Assembly (NCBI GenBank): GCA_031378845.1
Contig: JANNES010000016.1
Coordinates: 51,616-115,615, forward strand
Reading direction: 5' to 3'
Source: Rhodobacterales bacterium
Lineage (GTDB): Bacteria; Pseudomonadota; Alphaproteobacteria; Rhodobacterales; Rhodobacteraceae
DNA length: 64,000 nt
The notes beneath the pieces were generated by a model, which saw nothing but the letters and a program-made list of their open reading frames with translations, did no database searches and was not told the origin of the DNA. Below, one piece after another: positions 26,181 through 35,539 of the stretch; position 1 is the stretch's first letter, and each line of letters opens with the position of its first letter. The position numbers and the translations under genes were made by a program.

Positions 26181-26825
26181 CTAGTGCGCGTTCAATGCGG
26201 AAATAAGGCGGATCGAGCGCCGGATGACGGTCGCTGCGGTCCCCAAAACGATGACCCAGAGCGTCACCTCAAGAATCTTGGCGGCGCTCTGGTCGATCGG
26301 CAACAGTGCCGCAGCAACGCAACCCAAGGTGAGCGCCGCCATGCGGTGCTGTTTGGCCATCGGACCGGAGAAGTCCGCCGCCATGCCCTCGGCCCGACCC
26401 AATTCACGAATGTAAGCGGTAAAGACTGCGCCCGCTGCCGCGAGGACGCCCAAAGTCGGCACCCCGCAAGCGACACCTGCCCCGCACAGCAACAAAATGT
26501 CGGAGACACGGTCGGGGGCTTCGTTCCAGAACCGTCCGTCCTTGGCCGCGCGTCCGCCCTCGATGGCGACCATCCCGTCCAAAAGGTTGCACACGAGCCG
26601 CCCCTGACAGCATGCCGCAGCCGAAAGCAGAAGCGCAGCGTGAACCAATGGACCAGCAAGCCACGACAGCCCAAGGCAGACAAAGCCGAATGCGGCAAAA
26701 ACCATGGCAAGCTGGGAAATCTGGTTGGGCGTGACACTGCGCGCGACCAGCCAAGACGCTGCGTGACGCGCGTACTTGCTGTCGCGACTTGCGAGCGGGC
26801 GGCGGTTGGAAGGCCCGCCCATCAT
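26181..26825 (-). CDS. CDP-alcohol phosphatidyltransferase family protein (YnbA-like size)
   Basis: 214 aa, polytopic. The core LDGMVA...G...DRVSD resembles the D(x)2DG(x)2AR...G(x)3D(x)3D motif. The start overlaps the upstream gene's stop by 4 nt. Confidence 0.75.
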   Translation of the reverse strand: MMGGPSNRRPLASRDSKYARHAASWLVARSVTPNQISQLAMVFAAFGFVCLGLSWLAGPLVHAALLLSAAACCQGRLVCNLLDGMVAIEGGRAAKDGRFWNEAPDRVSDILLLCGAGVACGVPTLGVLAAAGAVFTAYIRELGRAEGMAADFSGPMAKQHRMAALTLGCVAAALLPIDQSAAKILEVTLWVIVLGTAATVIRRSIRLISALNAH

Positions 26826-27769
26826 ACCGTGGACCAGCTATAGCGGACGATGTGAAAAAAGATCGGGGCTGCAAACATCACCGAGTCCAGTCGGTCAATG
26901 AACCCGCCATGCCCCTCGATCAGATGGCCCCAATCCTTGACGCCACGGTCACGCTTGATCGCCGACATCACCAAACCGCCACAAAATCCCATGAGCGTCA
27001 CCACAAGGCCGATGCCGAATGCCTCAGCAAACGTAAAGGGGGTCATCCACCAGATGCTCGCGCCAGCGAGTGTCGCCGACAGAACACCCCCGATCAACCC
27101 CTCCCAGGTTTTGGAGGGCGACAGCGTCGGGGCCACCGGATGACGCCCGAAAAGCTTGCCCCAAGCATATTGAAGCACATCACTCAGTTGCACCACAAAA
27201 ACGAGCCAGGCAATCAGCAGAACGTTGCGCCCTTCAAATCCGGGGATCTGCAGGGTCAAAAGTGCTGGCACGTGGCTCACGCAGAAGACCGCGATCATGA
27301 GCGCCCACTGGGTCTCGGACACGCGCGCCAGAAAGCTGTCTGCAGAGCCGCGGATCGCCGCAATGATGGGCAGGAAAAGAAACGCGTAGACCGGGATGAA
27401 GATCGAATAGAGACCATACCAGTCGGTCCAAACGAACCAGTATTGTAGCGGCAATGCGACAAAAAAAGCCACCACGAGCGCCCAATGATCCGCGCGTGTG
27501 GTGTTGGTGAGCGTCAGAAACTCGCGGAGCGCCGCAAATGAACAAAGCGCAAAGAGAACAATAACCCCGGTGCGTCCCGCAAGGAACGCCAGCGCCAGCA
27601 GCGCAACCATGCCCCACCAGGACAAGATACGTGCATTGAGGTTGTCGATGACGGCATTGGTGCCGTCCGGCGAATAGCGCAGACGCAATACCTGGCCAAG
27701 CGCCGTCGCCATAGCAAGTATCGCGCCAACACCCGCCAAAAGATAAAGGAGTTGCGGGGAATTCGTCAT
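26822..27769 (-). CDS. Phosphatidate cytidylyltransferase (CdsA-family paralog, YnbB-like)
   Basis: 315 aa, polytopic. The C-terminal signature SAIKRDRGVKDWGHLIEGHGGFIDRLDS is typical of the CDP-diglyceride synthase family. Confidence 0.85.
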   Translation of the reverse strand: MTNSPQLLYLLAGVGAILAMATALGQVLRLRYSPDGTNAVIDNLNARILSWWGMVALLALAFLAGRTGVIVLFALCSFAALREFLTLTNTTRADHWALVVAFFVALPLQYWFVWTDWYGLYSIFIPVYAFLFLPIIAAIRGSADSFLARVSETQWALMIAVFCVSHVPALLTLQIPGFEGRNVLLIAWLVFVVQLSDVLQYAWGKLFGRHPVAPTLSPSKTWEGLIGGVLSATLAGASIWWMTPFTFAEAFGIGLVVTLMGFCGGLVMSAIKRDRGVKDWGHLIEGHGGFIDRLDSVMFAAPIFFHIVRYSWSTV

Positions 27770-28449
27770 GAGGTGCGCGCCGTATCCAGCAAGGCCTGCT
27801 GGGCGCGTTCGAGAAATGCTTCTTTGTGTTCGTCAGGCAAAAGATGGAGTGTATCGCCAAAAATCACGCTGCAGATCAAAGGAACGGGAACGATCTCACC
27901 TTTCGGCATCACGCGGTTCAGATTGCGGATGTAGACTGGCACCAGATCAATGGTGGGCCGCGCTGCGGCCAGCTGGAAAAGACCGCTCTTGAATGGGAGC
28001 AGCGGCTCTTTGCCAGTGTTCCGCGTGCCTTCGGGGAAAATGATCAGCGAGGTGCCGTCGTCCAGCGCCGCAAGCATCTGCGCGACCGGATCCTCCGTCC
28101 GCATTTCGCGACGGCGATCGATCAGAACCGCGTGGAAGACTTCGCGCCCGATAAAGGCCCGCAATCGCGAAGCCAGCCAATAGTCGCTGCCCGCAACAGG
28201 GCGGGTCAAGGCGCGCAACGAGGGCGGCAAAACGGTCCAGATCAGCACAAAATCGCCATTGCTGCTATGGTTTGCAAAGTAAATGCGCTGTCTGGGGATC
28301 GGGGCCGTGCCCGCCCAGATAGGGTGGACGGCCGTCACAAAACGAGCAAAGGTCAATATCGCATGGCGCAACAACCAAGCCGCAACCGACCAACCAAGGT
28401 TCTCACCGGGCGGCGCGGGTCCAGTCGTGCTCTTTACGTCCGGTTGCAT
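27766..28449 (-). CDS. Lysophospholipid (1-acylglycerol-3-phosphate-type) acyltransferase, PlsC family
   Basis: 227 aa with NHSSNGD (HX4D) and FPEGTR motifs. It has a 4-nt overlap with the cdsA-like gene. Confidence 0.8.
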   Translation of the reverse strand: MQPDVKSTTGPAPPGENLGWSVAAWLLRHAILTFARFVTAVHPIWAGTAPIPRQRIYFANHSSNGDFVLIWTVLPPSLRALTRPVAGSDYWLASRLRAFIGREVFHAVLIDRRREMRTEDPVAQMLAALDDGTSLIIFPEGTRNTGKEPLLPFKSGLFQLAAARPTIDLVPVYIRNLNRVMPKGEIVPVPLICSVIFGDTLHLLPDEHKEAFLERAQQALLDTARTS

Positions 28450-28473
28450 TACCCCGACTTTGATCCCAAGGCG

Positions 28474-29283
28474 TCAGATCTCGCCGCGCAACAGTTGATC
28501 CATCGTTTGGGAAGGATTGTCGCATCCTGCAACACCGACCACACGAGCTGGCACGCCTGCTACAGTGGTGTTGTGCGGGACGTCCTGCAATACCACCGAG
28601 CCTGCGGCGATCCGGCTGCAATGGCCAACCCTGATGTTGCCAAGGATCTTAGCCCCGGCGCCGATCATCACGCCATCCTCGATCTTGGGATGCCGGTCGC
28701 CATCTTCCTTGCCGGTTCCGCCAAGCGTGACGGAATGAAGCATCGAGACATTGTCGCCGACGACTGCCGTTTCCCCGATCACGATGGAATGTGCATGGTC
28801 GATCATGATACCTTTGCCAACGCGGGCAGCAGGATGGATATCAACGCCGAACACTTCGGATACGCGCATCTGAACAAAATAAGCAAGATCGCGCCGCCCG
28901 GTCTGCCACAACCAATGCCCGATACGATAGGCCTGCACGGCCTTGTAACCCTTGAAAAAGAGCAGTGGCTGAATGAACCGATGGCATGCCGGGTCACGGT
29001 CATAGACCGCCATCAGATCCGCCCGCGCGGCAACACCCAATTCCGGATCAGACTCATAAGCTTCATCGGCCAATTCGCGCAAAATCTGCTCGCTCATCTC
29101 GCCCGAGGCGAGCTTGAGCGAGAAGCGATAGGCAAGCGCGCGCTCCATCGACGGATGGTGCAACAGGCTGGAATGCACCAAGCCGCCCAGCAATGGCTCG
29201 TTTGCAATAGCCTCTACGGCCTCGTCGCAAACCCGGCGCCAAACCGGATCGACCGAAGCCACTTTCATCCGAGTCTCAGCCAT
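28474..29283 (-). CDS. cysE: Serine O-acetyltransferase
   Basis: ORF 28474..29298. I prefer the start at MAETRMK (ATG 29283), 6 nt after GGGAG. It has a hexapeptide-repeat C-terminal half (GDNVSMLHSVTLGGTG, IGAGAKILGNI). Confidence 0.9.
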   Translation of the reverse strand: MAETRMKVASVDPVWRRVCDEAVEAIANEPLLGGLVHSSLLHHPSMERALAYRFSLKLASGEMSEQILRELADEAYESDPELGVAARADLMAVYDRDPACHRFIQPLLFFKGYKAVQAYRIGHWLWQTGRRDLAYFVQMRVSEVFGVDIHPAARVGKGIMIDHAHSIVIGETAVVGDNVSMLHSVTLGGTGKEDGDRHPKIEDGVMIGAGAKILGNIRVGHCSRIAAGSVVLQDVPHNTTVAGVPARVVGVAGCDNPSQTMDQLLRGEI

Positions 29284-29352
29284 GGCCAGCTCCCACAAAA
29301 CCCCGTTCGGGACCTCTTATATAGACCATCTTCGGCCAAGACCAATGGCCAT

Positions 29353-29646
29353 TCACGCAATGTGACCGGCCAGAGTTCGAAGCAAAGCCAAGGCCGAAGC
29401 TGAAATTGCCTCCAAGTGCTCGGCGCTGTCCGCACCCGGTTCGGGCGGTGGTGCCATCAAGAGACTTCGCGCCGAAACACTGCCGTCGCCCCAGAATGGA
29501 TGAGACCGTCCGAATCGCTGACGATGCCGATCGGCGATCTCCGCTTCTTCGATCAATTTCGCAGCAAAGCCCGAACGGTCAGTTGCCTGAACTGTCGTCA
29601 GCACGCGAGCCAGCGCCAGGATATCGGAAACCAATATCGGTCGCAT
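29353..29646 (-). CDS. Hypothetical 97-aa protein immediately downstream of GTA g15
   Basis: ORF with ATG 3 nt after the g15 stop, same strand. I recognise no motif. Third-position GC is lower than in g15. Confidence 0.45.
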   Translation of the reverse strand: MRPILVSDILALARVLTTVQATDRSGFAAKLIEEAEIADRHRQRFGRSHPFWGDGSVSARSLLMAPPPEPGADSAEHLEAISASALALLRTLAGHIA

Positions 29647-29649
29647 CGG

Positions 29650-32600
29650 TCAGGCCAAGATTTCGACGCCACGGAACGGACCAGGGCCAAAGCGATCCGA
29701 TATCTGCGCAACTTCTATCCGGAACGGCACTGACACACCGTCAATCGCCTGCTGAGCTGCCGAATAAGACCAACTGGAAGAAGTCGCAAACGCCTCTGAC
29801 AGGATCGTCGCGCCAGACCGGACTCTGACCTGATAGATTTCGCTGTCTTCTCCCAATGGTACCTCGGACGACTGCCAACTGTCTCCGTCAATTCGCGTGC
29901 GCCGTATCCATGACAGGTCAAGAGCGTTTGCCAGCGTCCGGACCGCCTTGATGTGGGCGACCGGATACGGCCTGAGCCCGATCCCGTCAAAGGCTTCGAT
30001 ACGTGTAACAACTGTCGGATCGGCGTATCCGCGCCCTGCGACACCGACACGATAATAGCGCGCCAACCCGCGAGACGAGAGTGCAAGGTCGATCTGAACT
30101 GGGGCACGGTCCAGCAAGACAACTTCGCTTCCAGTCGGCCAGACCGGCGGCATGATGCCGTCTGTTCCCAATTGCCCGCGCAGCCGAAGGCTTAACTCAT
30201 AGGTATCGGGAGCAACGACCTGAGCCTCGACAAACTGAAACACCTCCCAATTGTCAGACGATCCGTCGCCGATCGCCATCGCATTCGACCCATTCAAAAC
30301 CGCATCAAGCGACGCACTGCTCAGCGTCCCACCGGTGACTTTGATCCGAAGTGGTGCGCCTCGGTCCAACACGCCAGGTCTTGCCGCCAAAAGCGGCGAT
30401 TGGGTTACGCCAATCACGGAAGGACCAGCAATCGTGCGGTTCAATTCATACCCAGCGTCTTCTGATGAAGACCAGATTGCCACGGTTCCCGGCCAAGGCG
30501 CCGCAGTCACGGCAACATGGGGCGCATGCTCAACTTCGCTGCCCGTCAGCAAAGGAAGATCCAAAAAGACTGGATACACTGGAACCGGCGCATAGAACTG
30601 ACGCGGAAAGACCCTCTCCTCGGCTCCGTCTGACAGACGGTATACGCCCGGCTCGACCCTTACCGCCTCGATCAACTGCGCATCGCCCTGCTCCACACGA
30701 TCGATCCGATAGAGCGAATTGTCGACACGAACAACGTCCCCCGCGCCCAAACCGAGTTTTGACTTCGGCAAGGCAAACCGGGCGGTATCGCGCGCCACCC
30801 TCGCTTCAGATAGCCATCGCTCAACCGTTGCCTGTGCTTCAGTCGAGGTCATTACCAGTGGCATCTCGCTCTGCGAGACGCCAAAACTGACCTCATCGGG
30901 AAAAATCGCTTCGGCCTGCCGGATTTCATAGTTTCCTTCGGCTTCCACAAAACCTAGCCGGACCTTACCGGCAATCTCGACTTCTGATGTGCGTGTTGTT
31001 TCAAATGTCCCGTCCAAGTCACTGGCCAAAGCAAGCAACTCGCGATCAAGCGTCGCGATGGCCCGGCCCGCGCGCATCTCAAAACGCAACGTGCCGTCGC
31101 GCTCAAGTGCATCAAACCCGTAGGCCAACATCAACGGCTGAAGCACTGAGCGTGCGGTCCCGGTTTCGGACTGCAAATAGCCCCGAACCACACCATAGAG
31201 CTTGCGCGCATCCAGCGTCGACATGCCGGAACGATCACAGATCTCGGCCACCACAGCTTCAAGACTTTGATTGGACACACGACCGTTCAGCCAATGCCCG
31301 CGTGTGTAATTCGGCCCGTCGCTCCAAACCTCGGTCTGCGTTGGAAATTCGGGGAACGGGCGCGCGTCCCATGCCCACGCATGAGCGCGTGCCATGTCAA
31401 CCATCGCTCCGCCATAAAGCGTCGACACGGGATTGTTTGCAGCATATGCAAAGTGTTGGGAATATGCGCGGTAGTATTGCATCTGGATCAGGTCGTCGCG
31501 ACGACCGTTTGAAAATCGCGGCAACGCTGACTCGGACGACTTGAGGTCGACGAACTTGTTGGGCTCGTTGCCACCTTTGTCGATCGCCGCGCAGCCATAC
31601 TCGGTGAAACGGATTGGCTTTGATCCCGGCACCCAAGCGGTCGGAAAAACACTGCGCACGTCCGCCTGCCGTTCGTGATGCAGGTTGGACCACCACGACT
31701 TCAGGTCCTTGTAGCGATAGACCCAAGGCTCGTTGTGAGCGCCATCCTCAATCTGCAGCCGTCTCTGCGCGGCGCGACCCTCGGGACTGTCATAGTACCA
31801 GTCGAACCCCTCGCCCCCGGCGATGTTCGCGCGCAGATAGTCCAGACTGTGGACGGATCCGTAACCTATATCAGCATGGGCATCACTGTCGCGCCAGTCC
31901 GAGACCGGCATGTAGTTGTCGATGCCAATGAAGTCCACATTCACATCGGCCCAAAGCGGATCGAGGTGGAAATAGACATTCCCGTCAGTCTGATGCCCAA
32001 AGTATTCTGTCCAATCAGCAGCATAGCTGATCTTGGTTGCTGGGCCCAGGATCCCGCGGACATCCGCCGCCAGCTGGCGCAGTGCTGCGACTGCGGGAAA
32101 AACATCCAGCGCACCACGGATCTGCGTCAGTCCGCGCATTTCCGACCCGATGCAAAAGGCATCCACGCCCCCTGCTGCCACACAAAGATGCGCGTAGTGC
32201 AAGATGAAACGCCGATACCCCCAATCCGCAACACCCGTATAGTTGACCTGACCGTTGGTCACCGTGAAATTACTCGGCGCCACAGTCCCGAAAAAAGCCG
32301 CCACTTCGCTCGCGGCGGTCGCGCTTCGGTCAGGACTGCCCGGTCTGCCCGGTGCGACTGACAATGTGATCCGCCCGCGCCACGGCAGGGCTGCCTGCTC
32401 TGCCACATCGCTGTAGGGGTCGGGAAGGTCGCTCCCCTCCAGCTGATCCATCAAGATGAACGGATAAAACATCACTTCCTGGCCCTGCAAGCGCAGCGCC
32501 GTGATGGCTTCGATCACCGACGCATCTGACGGTGTCCCGCCATAGACCGACCGACCCTCGGACAACGGAACAACTTCGGCCTGACCTCGCGTGACACCGC

Positions 32601-33546
32601 CGGCTCGCCATGTCTGGCCAACACCTTCAAAACCGTTCTGCACCACCTTGGGAAAAATATGGCATTCCCCACAGCGCAGGTCTGACCCAAACCACGACAC
32701 GACCAATGAGACCGACTGGCACAGCGGCAGTTCTTCGGTCAGCTGATCCAGCGATGTCGCAAAGTCCGTCTTGCCCGACGCACTGTGGACGTTGGCACTG
32801 CGACTGACGCCGCGCTCCAGATTGTAATGTACACGTGTTGTGGCCAGACCATATTCACCCGTCCCGGGGATAAGTGAAACGGCCTGAACTGCTGCAGCGA
32901 TGTCCGATGGCTCAGAATCCAGGCCACTTTTGGCGCGGCGCAGCACTTCAAATGTGAATTGGGGGACCCGGTTTCCATAAGGCGAAAGGTCAAGGTCCTC
33001 GATCACGACATACGCGATACCACGATAGGCGGGTGCCTTGCCTGTCCCCTCAACTGCCGAGATCTTTGGATCAGCAAGTTGATCTTCGGTGCCGGTGTAA
33101 ACTCTCAGATTCAAGGTCGAGGCGACGACTTCTGCGCCATCCGCCCAGATCCGACCGATCCGGGTAATCTCGCCTTCGCAAAGCGCAATCCCGACGCTGA
33201 TCGAATAGCTGAATTCCACTGTCTTGGGCTGAGGGGCGCCTTTGCCCCCACCTGACCGGGTTGAGTTTTCCTGAAACTCGGTAGCCCAGATCACTTGACC
33301 CGCTACCCGCATCCGTCCCCAGACTTGCGAGATCGCGGCGCCCTCACCAGCACTTGAGAGTCTCAGGCGGTCAACGCGTCCGATTTCGACGGCGTCCGAT
33401 CCAGCGCCCATCAATCGCTGGTCGATGACCCGCCCCAGAGTCGCCCCGATCGCGCGACCGATTACAGCGCCGGACAGACCGATAACAGTTCCGCCGAACC
33501 CGGCACCGATTGCAGCTCCCGCTGCGGATAGCAGTAGCGTCGCCAT
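29650..33546 (-). CDS. g15: GTA g15: host-specificity / baseplate multidomain tail protein
   Basis: 1298 aa. It has a Gly-rich hydrophobic N-terminus, a large glycoside-hydrolase-like central region and a phage-tail C-terminal domain. Its position is last in the cluster. Confidence 0.88.
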   Translation of the reverse strand: MATLLLSAAGAAIGAGFGGTVIGLSGAVIGRAIGATLGRVIDQRLMGAGSDAVEIGRVDRLRLSSAGEGAAISQVWGRMRVAGQVIWATEFQENSTRSGGGKGAPQPKTVEFSYSISVGIALCEGEITRIGRIWADGAEVVASTLNLRVYTGTEDQLADPKISAVEGTGKAPAYRGIAYVVIEDLDLSPYGNRVPQFTFEVLRRAKSGLDSEPSDIAAAVQAVSLIPGTGEYGLATTRVHYNLERGVSRSANVHSASGKTDFATSLDQLTEELPLCQSVSLVVSWFGSDLRCGECHIFPKVVQNGFEGVGQTWRAGGVTRGQAEVVPLSEGRSVYGGTPSDASVIEAITALRLQGQEVMFYPFILMDQLEGSDLPDPYSDVAEQAALPWRGRITLSVAPGRPGSPDRSATAASEVAAFFGTVAPSNFTVTNGQVNYTGVADWGYRRFILHYAHLCVAAGGVDAFCIGSEMRGLTQIRGALDVFPAVAALRQLAADVRGILGPATKISYAADWTEYFGHQTDGNVYFHLDPLWADVNVDFIGIDNYMPVSDWRDSDAHADIGYGSVHSLDYLRANIAGGEGFDWYYDSPEGRAAQRRLQIEDGAHNEPWVYRYKDLKSWWSNLHHERQADVRSVFPTAWVPGSKPIRFTEYGCAAIDKGGNEPNKFVDLKSSESALPRFSNGRRDDLIQMQYYRAYSQHFAYAANNPVSTLYGGAMVDMARAHAWAWDARPFPEFPTQTEVWSDGPNYTRGHWLNGRVSNQSLEAVVAEICDRSGMSTLDARKLYGVVRGYLQSETGTARSVLQPLMLAYGFDALERDGTLRFEMRAGRAIATLDRELLALASDLDGTFETTRTSEVEIAGKVRLGFVEAEGNYEIRQAEAIFPDEVSFGVSQSEMPLVMTSTEAQATVERWLSEARVARDTARFALPKSKLGLGAGDVVRVDNSLYRIDRVEQGDAQLIEAVRVEPGVYRLSDGAEERVFPRQFYAPVPVYPVFLDLPLLTGSEVEHAPHVAVTAAPWPGTVAIWSSSEDAGYELNRTIAGPSVIGVTQSPLLAARPGVLDRGAPLRIKVTGGTLSSASLDAVLNGSNAMAIGDGSSDNWEVFQFVEAQVVAPDTYELSLRLRGQLGTDGIMPPVWPTGSEVVLLDRAPVQIDLALSSRGLARYYRVGVAGRGYADPTVVTRIEAFDGIGLRPYPVAHIKAVRTLANALDLSWIRRTRIDGDSWQSSEVPLGEDSEIYQVRVRSGATILSEAFATSSSWSYSAAQQAIDGVSVPFRIEVAQISDRFGPGPFRGVEILA

Positions 33547-33990
33547 TCATTCGGCTCCTTCAGGAAAGGCAAATCGTCCCACAACGCGCCGGGCCCATGG
33601 CCGCGACAGCGGACTTTCAACGACCGCGTGACGCGAATAGGCATGGATAAAGGCGGCATCCGCGCCGACGCGCGACTGGATGCCTAGGTGTTTGGCTACA
33701 AAACCGTCCTGCATCCGGAACAATAAAACATCGCCCGGGGCAGCGTCCGTCGGCAGTTTGCGGCGCAAACACATTTCGGCAGCAGCGGTCAACACCTCAC
33801 CGGCAGCAGCCTCGTCCCAATCAGCGGTATACGCCGGGATAGGCAACGGCTCCTGGCCAATCGCTGCGCGCCACACGCCGCGCAAAAGACCCAGGCAATC
33901 CGTTCCGGCCCCCTTGACGCTGGCTTGATGGACATAGGGTGTCCCAATCCAGCTTCGCGCTTCGGTGACGACCTGACTTGCCAACGTCAT
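33547..33990 (-). CDS. g14: GTA g14: NlpC/P60-family cell-wall peptidase
   Basis: 147 aa with GTDCLGLLRGVW (catalytic Cys context) and a downstream His, typical of the phage NlpC/P60 peptidases in GTA clusters. Confidence 0.88.
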   Translation of the reverse strand: MTLASQVVTEARSWIGTPYVHQASVKGAGTDCLGLLRGVWRAAIGQEPLPIPAYTADWDEAAAGEVLTAAAEMCLRRKLPTDAAPGDVLLFRMQDGFVAKHLGIQSRVGADAAFIHAYSRHAVVESPLSRPWARRVVGRFAFPEGAE

Positions 33991-34898
33991 GACCCAAACC
34001 CGGGAACCGACGTTGGCGTGAAAAGGCTTTGGCCCTGTTGCGTGCGTTCAGGTTTTGGATAGGACGTCAGCCAATCCTCGCCCGGAATATGTGGGAACCC
34101 GCGGAAATTGGCAAAGTTTGTGAACTTCGTCCGACAGGTATCGGCGGCCTTGTCGCAACCCGCTTCCAATCGGATCAGATCACCTGACTGCAGGTTCGGC
34201 CCGATCGATTGCCAAAGCTCAATCTCGCGGCCCGCCCCTATGGTCCGGTCGTTCTTGATCAACCCGACAGAGCCTGTCGCCGCGCCAGACGTGACAACCA
34301 GCCGTCCACGCTCAAACCAGCGATCATCAAACCCGCCGAAGGCCGCAAACCGAAAGATTGTCCGATCCACCACGGTCTCGATTGCGCGACTGCTGAAGTA
34401 TCCCGGCAGCGTTAGATCAAAACGGCATTGCGTGTCTCCAAGGACTGCCGAACAACTCCGTTGATACACCCGCCCTTGCGGCAGGTTCAGCGCCTCGGTC
34501 AAGCCGCGCAACTCCGCCCGAAACGCACCCGCCGCGCGCGTGACTTCGCCCAAAGTGCCGCGGAATTGCTCCACCCTTTCTTCAGGATTTGCCCAGTTGA
34601 CCAACCAAGCACGCACCTCAGCAGCATCATAACGACCTGCCAAGAGATCCTCTTCGCTGACCGAAGCGTCCGACAGCGCACCGATGGCTTCGGTATTGTC
34701 GACGGCAAGTCCCGTCGTCTGCTGAACGGCCCGCGCGGTAAGACCGGACTCAGCCCGAAAGCTGACGCCATCAAACTCCAGAGTGCAGTCATGGTCGGTG
34801 AAGCCGAGCCGAAGCCCATCCCGCCGCGTGACCAGCCAAGCCCGACAAACAGTGGTTTGTCCGCCCGCGAGATGGGCAAGCAGATCCGCCGCGCTCAT
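33987..34898 (-). CDS. g13: GTA g13: DUF2163 / phage BR0599-like distal tail protein
   Basis: 303 aa in the conserved position, with TTVCRAWLVTRRDG...GFTDHD at the N-terminus as in DUF2163. Confidence 0.85.
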   Translation of the reverse strand: MSAADLLAHLAGGQTTVCRAWLVTRRDGLRLGFTDHDCTLEFDGVSFRAESGLTARAVQQTTGLAVDNTEAIGALSDASVSEEDLLAGRYDAAEVRAWLVNWANPEERVEQFRGTLGEVTRAAGAFRAELRGLTEALNLPQGRVYQRSCSAVLGDTQCRFDLTLPGYFSSRAIETVVDRTIFRFAAFGGFDDRWFERGRLVVTSGAATGSVGLIKNDRTIGAGREIELWQSIGPNLQSGDLIRLEAGCDKAADTCRTKFTNFANFRGFPHIPGEDWLTSYPKPERTQQGQSLFTPTSVPGFGS

Positions 34899-35539
34899 AG
34901 TCGCACCTCAAGGATCGGAACGTTCGGCACATCGCCCGCCTGGAATGAGGCAACCGAGGTTTGGATGCCGTCCGTGTCAAAACGGACTGGAACGTCAAAT
35001 TCAAACCCCGCAGTGACCCGCGCTCCGACACCCGGCGCCACCACAAAGACGACAAGGCCGCTCGTGATGTCGATGTTGTATTCAAGGGCCTCGATCTTGG
35101 GATCGCCTGCCACAGCGACCCGAACAGTGCCGGCAACCGGCTTGATGATCGGGCGTTCATAACTCTGTAGTCCCGACACATAGGTCTTGCGCAGCGCAAA
35201 ACTGGTCACGACGCCATCGCCAATTCCGATCGGCTGATCTTCGGGCTGAGGCGCCTTGGACGCGGGACAGGACTTGTAGTCCGACCAGTCCTTCCAGCGA
35301 AAGCCATAAATCTGCCCTCGACGCGCTTCGAAAAACGCAATCAGTGTCTCGATGTCTTGCAGGCTGCGCAGGCCCAATCCCGCGTCATATCGCCTCCGGG
35401 AATGCGCCCATGGGCTGTTTCGTTCTTCGTGACCATTGGCAAGCGTGACGATCTCGCTGCGCCGTTCGGGTCCACCGACCGACCCAAAGCTGAGATTGGC
35501 GGGAAACCGGATCTCGTGAAAATTCATGGCTTTGCTCAC
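34895..35539 (-). CDS. g12: GTA g12: DUF2460 (TIGR02217-like) distal tail protein
   Basis: 214 aa with FHEIRFPANLSFGSVGGPERRSEIVTL at the N-terminus, typical of DUF2460. Confidence 0.88.
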   Translation of the reverse strand: MSKAMNFHEIRFPANLSFGSVGGPERRSEIVTLANGHEERNSPWAHSRRRYDAGLGLRSLQDIETLIAFFEARRGQIYGFRWKDWSDYKSCPASKAPQPEDQPIGIGDGVVTSFALRKTYVSGLQSYERPIIKPVAGTVRVAVAGDPKIEALEYNIDITSGLVVFVVAPGVGARVTAGFEFDVPVRFDTDGIQTSVASFQAGDVPNVPILEVRL

